Assembly (NCBI GenBank): GCA_013239625.1
Contig: MU055600.1
Location: 5,211,338 to 5,275,337, forward strand
Direction: 5' to 3'
Source of the DNA: Lama guanicoe
Taxonomy: Eukaryota
Length of the DNA stretch: 64,000 nucleotides
Of the stretch, positions 22,844 to 33,720 are shown piece by piece (positions within the stretch are counted from its first letter, which is position 1; the number at the start of each line of letters is the position of its first letter). The translations under genes were made by a program, and so were the position numbers. Below the pieces are notes generated by a model. That model made no database searches. It saw only the letters and a list, made by a program, of their open reading frames with translations, and had not been told where the DNA came from.

Positions 22844-23279
22844 AGTGTCTTGCATAAATTTCTATTGTGTACTGCAGTTTTGAGACTGTCTTTTATTCTC
22901 CTTCAGATATTCCCCTGTCTCTTCTCAATTCAGGGGGTGTCAAAATTCTGCAGATAATTCCTTCATGTGATTTGTCACATGATTGCATCCCCTTAGATCA
23001 GACCGTCGTCACCTCCCCCTCTGAGTGCTGTAAGACATGCTAGCAGATGTCAGGCCCCAGCTTCTCCGAGGTATCCATTAGATATACGACCGCAGCTCAG
23101 ACAGCCCAGCTCGGACTCTCTCGGTCCATATCACAGAATCATTCATTTGCTTAACAACCCAAAGCCACGTGCCTGGCATTCGCTGCCTCCCAGCCAGGTC
23201 CCAGACTGCCTATTCAACTTCATCTCCTCCTTCTAAAGCTCTCTTCCTTCTCATTAGTGTAGCTTGCATCAGGTGACTC

Positions 23280-23395
23280 ACTAATCATTTGTTTGCTTAC
23301 TTACTCATATATTGAATAAGTATTTATTAAGTGTCACCAATGCACCAGGTCGTGTGCCAGCTTTTGAACACTCAGCAGTGAGTAATTCAGACACC
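23280..23395 (-). mobile_element. L2 3' end
   Basis: ttgaataagtatttattaagtgtcaccaatgcaccagg...cagcagtgag. Confidence 0.7.
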
Positions 23396-23927
23396 TTTTC
23401 ATATCTACACATCAATACAGTACCTTGCACAGAACAGGATGTCATCATGCATGTTAAATTAAATTATCTGTGTTCCGCAACTGTCTCCTCTTCTCCCCCA
23501 AACCAAACCTTTACTCTTTCAAGTGGGAAGGAAACTCTTATATAACTTTCCTCTCTTAAAGAATCACTACACTTAAGTTCTAAACATGGCAGCCTTCTTT
23601 TTCAACATTCTTCTAAACAGGACTTTTGGCTAAATAACCATCAGATTAAAGTAAAAGTTGGGGGAAGAAGTCACCTGGAGTCCATGGGCTTTATGCCTTG
23701 TGATTCTAATCAGAGGATATGAGAGAAAAGTAATGCATGTGTTTATACAATAAACAACTAAAACACTAGTTAATATATTTTTACTTTGATACATGTGTCA
23801 AGGGATTTATTTTACAAGGGAAGGTACCACTAAATTGACACACTGCATCTTCTTTTTAGAATGGTTTTGATGTATATTCATTCAGAAAATATAGGGTTTT
23901 TTTATATATATAAACTGATTCATTTAA

Positions 23928-24516
23928 TAGATATTGGTGAGATAATAGAAAATATATCTTGGTCCCTGACCCCTGTTCCTGGCACCCTTGTAAATTCTAG
24001 GTGATAAGAACACCAGGAGCATTTTTGCTGTAGTTACATGACACTGGGTGGGCTGCCGGATGGCCCTCTGTATCTCTCCATCTGGCTGTTCATCTGTATT
24101 CTTTATCACATCCTTGAATAAACTGGTAAACACAAGTGAGTGTTTTCCATGAGTTCAGTGAGTTGTTCTAGCAAGCAACCAAGTCCCAGAGGCAGAGGGT
24201 CACGGGAACTTCGAATTTGTAGCCAAGTCAAGCTGACGTTTTGAGGAACCTGGGGACCTATTTCTTGTGATCGGCATCTGAAGTGGGGGCCACTCTCATG
24301 GGACTGAGCCCTCACCCTGGGGGGCCTGATGCTGTCTCCAGATAGTGTCAGAATTAAGTTGTAGCTCACCCAACTGGTGTCACGGAGAATTGCTTTGTGC
24401 AGAGGAAAAAAACCCACACATTTGGTATCAGAATTGTCGGAAGTATGAGTGTGGTAGTTGCGTGAGAATGAAGGAGAAACACACGAAGGAGGGGATGGAG
24501 TTTTTTTTCCAACTCA
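23928..24516 (+). mobile_element. MER21-type ERV solo LTR
   Basis: gataatagaaaatatatcttggtccctgacccctgttcctggcac...aataaactggtaaac...ggcatctgaagtggggg...gggactgagccct...agatagtgtcagaatt...aaacccacacatttggtatcagaa. Confidence 0.85.
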
Positions 24517-24519
24517 GGA

Positions 24520-24635
24520 TTCCTTAAGGACAAAGACTTATGCATTCATTTTGTCATCATATCCTCAGAGCCTGGCATGAGACGTAGTAGGCACTTAAAA
24601 AAAATTTGGCAAATGCATAAAAAATTGAGTGAGTG
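24520..24635 (+). mobile_element. L2 3' end
   Basis: cagagcctggcatgagacgtagtaggcacttaaaa...gagtgagt. Confidence 0.6.
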
Positions 24636-24833
24636 GATCTACCATTCTATCTACCCATAACAGAAACCCTAGCACTGTGTACGCACACCCCTGGTCACTG
24701 AGATGTGATGAGCTTTATCTTTCCCTGCTTTTTTTTATACTGATGTCTATTTGTATATATGTATAATTCTTGGTAGTGTGTATGGGATAGAGATTCTAGA
24801 GATGGACAGACACAGTTAGAAAGAAGGCCTAAG

Positions 24834-25656
24834 CATAAAAAATGACAACATAACACCATTTGCAGCAACATGGATGTTCCTGGAGAATGTCATTCTAAGT
24901 AAAGTAAGCCAGAAAAAGAAAGAAAAATNNNNNNNNNNNNNNNNNNNNNNNNNNNNNNNNNNNNNNNNNNNNNNNNNNNNNNNNNNNNNNNNNNNNNNNN
25001 NNNNNNNNNNNNNNNNNNNNNNNNNNNNNNNNNNNNNNNNNNNNNNNNNNNNNNNNNNNNNNNNNNNNNNNNNNNNNNNNNNNNNNNNNNNNNNNNNNNN
25101 NNNNNNNNNNNNNNNNNNNNNNNNNNNNNNNNNNNNNNNNNNNNNNNNNNNNNNNNNNNNNNNNNNNNNNNNNNNNNNNNNNNNNNNNNNNNNNNNNNNN
25201 NNNNNNNNNNNNNNNNNNNNNNNNNNNNNNNNNNNNNNNNNNNNNNNNNNNNNNNNNNNNNNNNNNNNNNNNNNNNNNNNNNNNNNNNNNNNNNNNNNNN
25301 NNNNNNNNNNNNNNNNNNNNNNNNNNNNNNNNNNNNNNNNNNNNNNNNNTACGAAACAGAAACAGACTCATAGACATAGAATACAAACTTGTGGTTGCCG
25401 GGGGAGGGGGAGAAGAAGGGACAGACTGGGAGTTCGAAATTTGTAGATATTGGCACGTATATATAGAATAGATAAACAAGATTATACTGTACAGCACAGG
25501 GAAATATATACAAGATCTTGTGGTAGCTCACGGTGAAAAAGGATGCAACAATGAACATATGCGTGTTCACGTATAACTGAAAAATTGTGCTCTACACTGG
25601 AAACTGACATAACATTGTAAACTGACCATAACTCAATAAAATAAAATTTTAAAAAA
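24834..25656 (+). mobile_element. Young 5'-truncated L1 (ORF2 C-terminus and 3' UTR) with 16-bp TSD
   Basis: Encodes IKNDNITPFAATWMFLENVILSKVSQ (L1 ORF2 end). Perfect TSD AGAAAGAAGGCCTAAG at 24818-24833 and 25657-25672 after a TT/AGAA nick site; contains an N gap. Confidence 0.93.
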
Positions 25657-26154
25657 AGAAAGAAGGCCTAAGAAGAAGGAGGCATAGGAGATGCAATATT
25701 TATCTAGATGAAAATATAGAAACTTACTTTTCTTAAGCTCAAAAGACATTCTGTAGGTCTACTTGCTTTCAATAGTAGAATCATATCCAATTTTTTCTGT
25801 CTAACATCTTCTGGAACAGGCGAAAAATCACGTTAATACGAAGTTTGCTAGCTATATATAAAGGGCCCTTATCATGAGCACAGCTCCACACCCAGGACCC
25901 AGTTGTCACAACAGCCCTACGGCACTTGAAGTTACTCCTTATGAATGGAACCAAAAGAATTTACCTTCAGGGCAGAGGCCATATTAAACATGGAAAAGCA
26001 ACTTTCAGTTCTAAGCACAGTATTAAGACCCATATTGTCTTTGTCGCTGCAAAAGTCTTAAAAACAACCACAGCCATGATGAGTCTACAATGCTGTCTGG
26101 TGGTTCAATACATCAGTATCCCTTTCTGTGCCCTTAATCTGAGTGAACGGTGAC

Positions 26155-26220
26155 CTGCCATGCTGCACAATTCCAAGGGGAACCATTCAAATCCTAATTT
26201 GTGTGGATGGTGCAGCATGA
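26155..26220. mobile_element. MER91-like palindromic hAT remnant
   Basis: tgcacaattccaaggggaaccattca...gtggatggtgc; 10-bp inverted repeat CATGCTGCAC / GTGCAGCATG at 26159-26168 and 26210-26219. Confidence 0.6.
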
Positions 26221-26364
26221 ATGTGGATGGTTAGACAATGTTCAGCCCGGGTGCTATTCAACATGGTGGCCCTGGTAACAGATTTGAATTCTTGAAGGTG
26301 TTTTCTTTTAAAATCTGCACCAACGTGTTGCTCCAATTCCTCACCTGATGATGTTGTAACAATG

Positions 26365-26570
26365 AAACATAAACTTGAGTGAACATTCTGTGCCAGGTAC
26401 TTGCTTGCATTTATCTCATTGAATACTTACAACCCTATATGTAAATACAGTTATTGTCGTGACTCTAGAGTTGAGGAAACCAGTACACGTGGAACGTAAG
26501 TAACCAGCGGGGAATAGTTATCAAAGCCTGGAGTAGAACCTGAGCATTTGGACTTCAAGACCTATATACT
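26365..26570 (-). mobile_element. MIR SINE
   Basis: tgtgccaggtact...tctcattgaatacttacaaccctat...gttgaggaaacc. Confidence 0.75.
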
Positions 26571-27904
26571 GATTTTGAGTAATCCTTCTTGCTCCTGACA
26601 TTAATTTGTCTTTATGCATTTTCTTGAATTGCTTGAGTCAACCACTTGGGCTGTGTTGAAGGAGTTGCTGGCACCAGGCTTCTTTCTTTGCGCTGCACTC
26701 TATAAAAACAAAGAAACAAAAATTCATCCCGAAGTGAGTGATGACGGTGAGGCTTCCAGGATGTTAAAGTCTGTTCTTCTAGAAGGGGTCATCAGAAGCC
26801 AAAGCCAATAAAGCACCAAGAGGAAGTCTGGTATCCATGAACCAAAGCCTCAGCAAGGATGTCAAATCGTCAGGTCAAAGAAGGACTTGGCTCAGCTAAA
26901 AACGATTCACCTCCAGACCCCTGGAAAAGTTTCTCTGGCCGCCTCCTCGACAGGACTCCCCGTCTTTGCCATGCCCTGTCTTTCTTGTTCATTTCACAAA
27001 CATTTCAACTCAAATTATGAATACAACCAAGAAAAACCTTCTATCTCTTCCTTCGTAGACAGTCAACCGAAGTCAGGTGTTCTTTTGTTCCCTTCATGCT
27101 AAATTTAGTTTATTAGTCGATTCACGTTATATTTCTATGAAGTAAAACCACAGCTTCTAGGGAATTTTTTTTCTTTCGTTCCTCTGCAACTCTAGAGTTC
27201 AAGGTTGTGGACACTATCAAAACACTTGACCTAGAAAAATAATCAAAGCAGTGCTCTCTCCTGCTGGTTGGATTGGGGTGATAAATTGCACCAAACATTC
27301 TTGTTCCGCTTCTAAGACTCGGTGTTTCAGGCAGGAACTGGCTTCTTTCCCTTGCCACTAGCATTTCAAATTAAAAAGAGGATGATACAGCTCAAGGGAT
27401 ATTAGTACTTCTTAAATATATCTTCTGAACTACTTTATATAATCAAAGGCAGGGAAGTATTTTTCTACGCCAAACAAATTAAAGTTAAGCAGAGCAGTAC
27501 AATAACTGGAATTATAACCTGGATATGCAGTTACACAACTTAAATGTTCTATTCTACCCAATTACGTGCTTTGTATGGATTTTTTAAAAATTGTATCCAG
27601 AGTTTGTCTCCAATGTTAAATTGAATTCTAGAATAATGCTTCAATGAATACACCACGATTCTAAGTGCCTACCATTTGCAAATAGTTAATGGCTTTTTAC
27701 CGCAAGATTAGGATCTCAAATTAGCCACCCAAGAGCCAAACCCTTCCCACTGTTTTCACTCATCTCACAAACATATTAGATTTTCCCCCAGAGCTTTTTA
27801 TTCTTAATGGACTGACATACACATCAGGAAATTTTATGTGAATTTTGGACACCTAGCTTTTAAAAAAAAAGAAGAACCTAGTTATCCTTGGACAACTTTC
27901 TTGC

Positions 27905-28045
27905 ATTCTGCATTTATTTATTCAACAAATATTTCTTGAGGGCGTGCTCTTTCCCAGATACTCTACTTAGGTGCCAGGCATAAATCAGCGGGGAAAGAGT
28001 TGCAAACAAAAAGTCCCTGTCCTCATGGAACTCTGTTCTGGTGGA
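27905..28045 (-). mobile_element. L2 3' end
   Basis: catttatttattcaacaaatatttcttgag...aaagtccctgtcctcatggaact. Confidence 0.8.
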
Positions 28046-28247
28046 CATCTAGCTACGCTATCACATAGATGAGACAGTTTTCGTTCATTTTAAAATTGTC
28101 TTTATTCCTCCTGTGTTCTTGGAGTTCCCATCACTAATTTATGTTCCCCTTCTATACTCCTGTCTCCAAGCCTCTGAGTTTTTTAACTTCCCTCTAAAGA
28201 GACCTATGCAATATGAGTTTCTGCATTGAGATCCCAGTAGTAGAGGG

Positions 28248-28480
28248 AAGGCAACATAGTACAGAGGGCACATATTTAGAGCTGAACAGCAAAGGCTCAA
28301 ACCTTGGCTCTGATTTTTCTATGCTTTGTATCTTGGGCACATCATTCAATGCCTGTGCCTCAGTTCCCCCATCCGTCACATGGGGATGCTAATGGTCCCT
28401 AAGTCATGACGATTCAAAGAGTTAATGCTTGAACGTGCTTAGAAAAGAGGCTGGCACGTGGAGGATGCTTGTTAAATGAA
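28248..28480 (+). mobile_element. MIR SINE, near full length
   Basis: cttgggcacatcattcaatgcctgtgcctcagttcccccatccgtcacatggggatg...gtgcttagaaaagaggctggcacgtgg. Confidence 0.85.
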
Positions 28481-29004
28481 GAGGTTTTAAATTATGCTGA
28501 AATCTTTCTATCTTTTTCCAGGTAACACTAAGAGAAACAGAAACAAGATACAAAGCCAAACTCCTCATGTAGAATTATTAACTGAATAAGTAACCTTCCT
28601 CAGAATCCTGAGATATATGCTTCGACCCAAATATTTCATCATCTAGAACACCCAGAATGCTTTTAAACACAAAATGCATGAGCATCTTCCCAATCAATTC
28701 GTAATATTTTAGAACTACTCTTGATGATTAAATAATTTTGTCATTATGAATGAAATTAATAGCCATTTTCATGACCTAATTTTCACATAAGTCTTAAATG
28801 CAGCGTTAACTTGAAAATACACTCCTGATGCACTCCAGCTGGCGTATACCACCCTAAATGAGGTCATTTGCTTTAATAAACAAGGAAACAAAACAGAACA
28901 AAATAAATAAAAAGCCTTTCTTTTTTCTTAAATCTACGCCTTCCTCTCTTTTTCTCGTTTGTTAAATAGTCCAAATCTTCCACAAGTCAGATTCAACTCA
29001 ACCA

Positions 29005-29200
29005 AAAAGCGTTTACTATGCCAGACGCACTGCGAGGTGTCTTAAACCCATCATTGCAGTGAGACATCACGGGGTTTTTGGTGACAGTTATTGCTGCCTC
29101 CATTTGCGCATGAGAACACAGAAGCCGGGGGCAGGGAAGTGACTGGCCCAAGTTGACACAGCCTCTGGTCATGATGTCCAGCTCTGAATCTAGTCCACTA
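29005..29200 (-). mobile_element. MIR SINE
   Basis: tttactatgccagac...gggaagtgactggcccaagttgacacagc. Confidence 0.65.
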
Positions 29201-29206
29201 ACTCTT

Positions 29207-29240
29207 TTGTTTTTTTTTTTAAGTTATAGTCAGTTTACTG
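29207..29240 (-). mobile_element. 34-nt L1 terminal insertion with 14-bp TSD
   Basis: GTCCACTAACTCTT at 29193-29206 and 29241-29254. The insert's reverse complement, CAGTAAACTGACTATAACTTA(n), matches the last bases of the L1 at about 25617-25640. Confidence 0.85.
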
Positions 29241-29283
29241 GTCCACTAACTCTTGATCCTGTGTCCATCAGGATTGCTTTGGG

Positions 29284-29473
29284 CAGCGGTCCTCAGAGTC
29301 TGAGCCCTGACCTGCTGCGTCAGCTGTCACCTGGGTCCTCGTTACAAATGCAGAATCTCAGGCTCCACCCCAGATCTACTGGCCCAGCAGCCCTGGGGCC
29401 AGGGCCCAGCACCCTGAGTTTTAATAAGCCCTGGAGGTCTCCAGATGCCCACGCCCGTCTGAGACTTCGGCTC
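29284..29473. mobile_element. MER5A DNA transposon
   Basis: gttacaaatgcagaatctcaggctccaccccagatctactg...ggcccagcaccctgagttttaataagccct. Confidence 0.88.
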
Positions 29474-29839
29474 TTCTCAGCGGACCATCCTGACCGCCGT
29501 CTTTCTCTCCCTGACCTTGCTCAGCCTTGCCAGGCTGTTTCTTCACGAATACCATTTTCATCACTCCCCTCTCTGTTTAGAAGCCTGCAGTTGGTCTCAT
29601 TCCCTGCTTTGTGGAGGCCAAAACGCTGACAGCTCAGGGCTCCCCTGCTTCTACTCTAATACGCTGCTGTCTGACATCTTTCTGCCCTTCAGGCTGCTCA
29701 CTTTGCCGTGAAGTGGCCCCCGTCTCCCCATTTCTGTGCCTTTGCATGTGTCACCCTTCCCTATCCTCTGTTCTCTCCCCCAACCAGCTCAGGCCGCCCC
29801 TCCCCTCGCATTTGAGTCTCACGGAGCACTCAAGGCCAG

Positions 29840-30330
29840 AACTCCTGTAAAGACGGACTCGGGCCCGGCCCACCTCCCCAGCCTCAACCCCAGCCAACTC
29901 TCTCACTCCAGCCTCAGGGGCCGTCCGTCCGTCACTGGGACACAGCTCCCGTTGTCCTGCGGGGGGCTCTTGGTCCCTGCTTTTCCCCCCACTGGGGACA
30001 CCCTTCCCCCAAATCCTTGTAGAGCTGGTTCTTTCTCATCTTTCGGATTCAACTCATATGTGACCTCCTAGGAAGGGCCGTCCCTGACGCCCACTCGCTA
30101 AGCCCCGTGTCACTCCCTGACTGCCCCGTGCTATTTTCTTCATAGCACTCATCACCGTCGACACTAATGCCTGCATTGATGATGCTGCCGGATGTCTTTC
30201 CACAAATAGAAGGAAACACTCTCAGGACAGATCCTGTAATAGCTTCATCCTCTGCCTCAATCCCAGTGCCTAGAGCAGTGCCTGGCACACCGTGGGTGCT
30301 AAAAATCTGCATGTGAATGATTGAATGATT
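29840..30330 (+). mobile_element. L2 (L2a-like) 3' region
   Basis: ttttcttcatagcactcatcacc...cccagtgcctagagcagtgcctggcacaccgtgggtgct...gtgaatgattgaatga. Confidence 0.85.
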
Positions 30331-33300
30331 CACTTAGCATCTGCATTGGACCATTGGACCATTGGTCCATTACTTCAAGGCTACCTTGCGGTGGGAGCTC
30401 TTTTTCTTTTCAATGTCCGTCCTGTTTCCTCCAGCTAGATTGGGAGCTTCTGAGTAGCCATGCCTGCCTTCGGACGGTTTTCTAGTCCTACAGGACCCAG
30501 CAGAAGGCTGAAATGACACAGATCCTGTAGGTTTTCATGTCTACCTTTTTCAAAGGGTCACACTACATCATTGTACATAATTACTATTTCTCTGATCATT
30601 GTATGGCCAATGATATTTGAAGAGCTGGAAAAGAGTATATTAAAAGGAGACCAATGATGATGAATCCCTTTAGAAAATAAAAATACATTTTGTAAGGTGA
30701 CAAATTCCCTTAGACTGGAAGTTCTGAAGGAAAATCCTGCTTTATAGCACTGAATAGATAAAAAATTCATTTGTAAGTTGAATAATACTTATATAAATTC
30801 ATTTTAATGCTTACTTATTTTCTGCCTGGTATTAAAGTAGGTAAATCACATGCATTATTAGGGACCTATTCAATCCTTAAAAACCCTTTGAGATTAACTT
30901 TGTCATTGCCTCTTTTAGAAACCAGGGATCACATAGGTGGGACATTTGCTTGCTCAAGATCTCATGGCCAGTAATGTTGAAGTTAAGAGTGTAACCCCAG
31001 CTTTGCCTTACACATCCATCACTTTGCAGTATAGCTCTCATTATATTTACCATGGGATCAAATAGAGATATCCTCATTAAACCGAAAGAACTAGCAAAAG
31101 AACATCCGAGAAAAAATTTTCAAAATCCTAGCCTTGTAGTTTGGAAGAATTAAGTCTGTGTTTAGCTAGTTCTAAAAGCAGTGAGGCGTTCATGGTAATA
31201 TCAATAATTTAACAAATAAATTCTTTGGAATTCATTCACATTTTCCACATCAGGAAAGCAATTCTATCTGAAGCAAATTGCAAAATGTTGGTTTCACCAC
31301 CAAATTATTAGCGAACCACAGTAAAAGCTTCCATTTGTTTATTCCTTTCAAAGTGTTTTTTTGCAGACGCAATTTTGTCATTTCCTAGGACTTCACCTGA
31401 AGGAAAATGAGGGTGTACCCTTGAAAGATGAGAACAGGGAGGCCCAGCCTGCATACGATCTTGGCATTGCCGGGCCCTGCAGGTTAGTTCTGTTGACTCT
31501 TTTATCAAATATTCTTTGCACATCAAAACAAAGAACGGGTCCTGCTGACGGGTGCTTGGTGGAACTTCAGAGACAGCAATGCTTACATGAGGCCATTTGG
31601 ACCAATATGAAGCAAATGATTCCACCTGTCCAGGTGAGCTACAGAGTGTCTGCTCCCCACCCCTCTTTCCAGCTGTTTCTCCCACTTCTTTCAGGTCCCG
31701 GCTGTAGGCGTTTGGGTCTTGGCTACATCTCAGACACTCCACTGCTTATCTTGGGACAAGAACATCCATATTTGGCTTTGACTTGCTTCACGCAACTCCC
31801 CATTATCTCATGGACTGAATCCTCAACCTACATCCCTGTGCCAGGACCACCAGCCTTCCTCCTTTGCCTCCCTTCCTCTTACTTGGCGATGCCCACCACA
31901 CTTTCTATCTCTGTGTCTGACATGCCTGTCGCAGCCTTGGCCCACTTGGCCCACTCCACCGTGCCAGTCCTTCTAGGAGTTAATGACAGAGCCACTTTTT
32001 TTAGTGGCTTGGCTGTCACTTGGCTGAACAAGAACAGCTCTTTTATCTTTGCAGTTATGGCTGGTAGATGATCAGTGATGAATTTTAAAAAATCCAGTCA
32101 GCGGAGACTCACCAAAAAGAAACACTATATATTAAACTTTTTTAACTTAAAACATGTAAAAATGTCTCTTTAATTTGTCAGCCGTTTGATACAAGGCCAA
32201 GGCGTTCTCTCTGCATATGGGCCTGCTCATCGGAGTTCTGCACCGTCATTTTGCATAAATTACACCCATTAAGAAGCATCCCTGATTTTTCAGTCTCTCT
32301 AAAGTGGAGCAAGAACTTAAAGACTTGCANNNNNNNNNNNNNNNNNNNNNNNNNNNNNNNNNNNNNNNNNNNNNNNNNNNNNNNNNNNNNNNNNNNNNNN
32401 NNNNNNNNNNNNNNNNNNNNNNNNNNNNNNNNNNNNNNNNNNNNNNNNNNNNNNNNNNNNNNNNNNNNNNNNNNNNNNNNNNNNNNNNNNNNNNNNNNNN
32501 NNNNNNNNNNNNNNNNNNNNNNNNNNNNNNNNNNNNNNNNNNNNNNNNNNNNNNNNNNNNNNNNNNNNNNNNNAAATAGAAATGGGGACAAATACACCTG
32601 GTTTTTGGAAAGCATTCATCTCGATTGAAAGAAGCAGAAGTCTGTGGGTGTCTTAGTGAGCAGCATACTCCCTGGTGGGGACAGCTCCATCCACCGTGGA
32701 AATCCGAGGAAATGGAGAGCAGCAGTTAATACAGTAGGTCCTAAAACTGGAGGCTGGATACAAGAGGCAAGTGGCTGTGCAAAGACTAACCTCATTCTAT
32801 CACAGAATCAGAGATAGCGGAGATGGTAGGCAGCCTTTCAACAGCCTATGTAATTCAGATTTCCATCAATAATCTATCTTCTTAGCAAAATCTATGGCAA
32901 GTTTTCTCAACTACTTCAAGTACACTCTCCGAGACAGGGTGCTCGTGAGCTAACAAAACAGCTCATTTCATAGCTGGACAATTGAATAGTTAAAACATTC
33001 TCTGGACTAGTCAGGATTTCCCACTTCTTGATGTCTATAAATTCAACCTCCTTGTTTCCATCAAGTATTCCTTCCATGAAGTGGTTGCCAGACCCCCGCC
33101 TCCTCTGGTTCTTTCTCCTCAGGACACACTCTAGTTTAGGGTTATTCATTTTCCCCTTAAAGGACCTTGCCCAGAAATGAAACCATTTGGCTCAGAACTG
33201 ACCAACAAAAGCAGAAAGCAGAGAACTGTCAGGACACTATATTCATGTGCTTTCTCATTGCATCCACTTACCTCTTCAAAATAATTGCATCGGACTTTTG

Positions 33301-33494
33301 GCTCCTATGTTAGGTATGGCCAGCTCAAATGTCCAGATCTTCTTTTCCTGAACTGTAGCCCAGTTACTTAATTTTTTTTCTCTTGCTTGCTTTTCCTGTT
33401 TCTTTTTTGCTGTTGATTCTTCAACCATAAATTTGTATTTGTTTCAGTTCGTCTGCGACTGATTAGTTTGAGTGTCCGTCATTGCCAGGATGAT

Positions 33495-33720
33495 CATAAC
33501 AACTGATTATTTGCTGAGTGGTTACCATGCACCAGGAACAGTTCTAAGCATTGTCCATGAATCATTTAATCCTTATCACCATTTTGTGAGGTAAGTACTA
33601 TTTCACATACCCATTTCTCAGCTGAGAAAACAGAAGCAAAATGTATTTAAGTCTATTCCTAAGGGGCATCTATATAGCAACTGGTAGATGTGAGATGTAA
33701 ACAATCTAGGCAAGATGGTG
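33495..33720 (-). mobile_element. MIR SINE
   Basis: catttaatccttatcacc...gtgaggtaagtactatt...cccatttctcagctgagaaaacagaagc. Confidence 0.8.

Noticed and set aside
31361-32071. Longest N-free ORF (236 aa)
   Set aside because: It starts at TTG, has no recognisable domain, is Leu/Ser/Pro-rich from pyrimidine-rich DNA and has no convincing splice context. One such ORF is plausible by chance in 64 kb over six frames.
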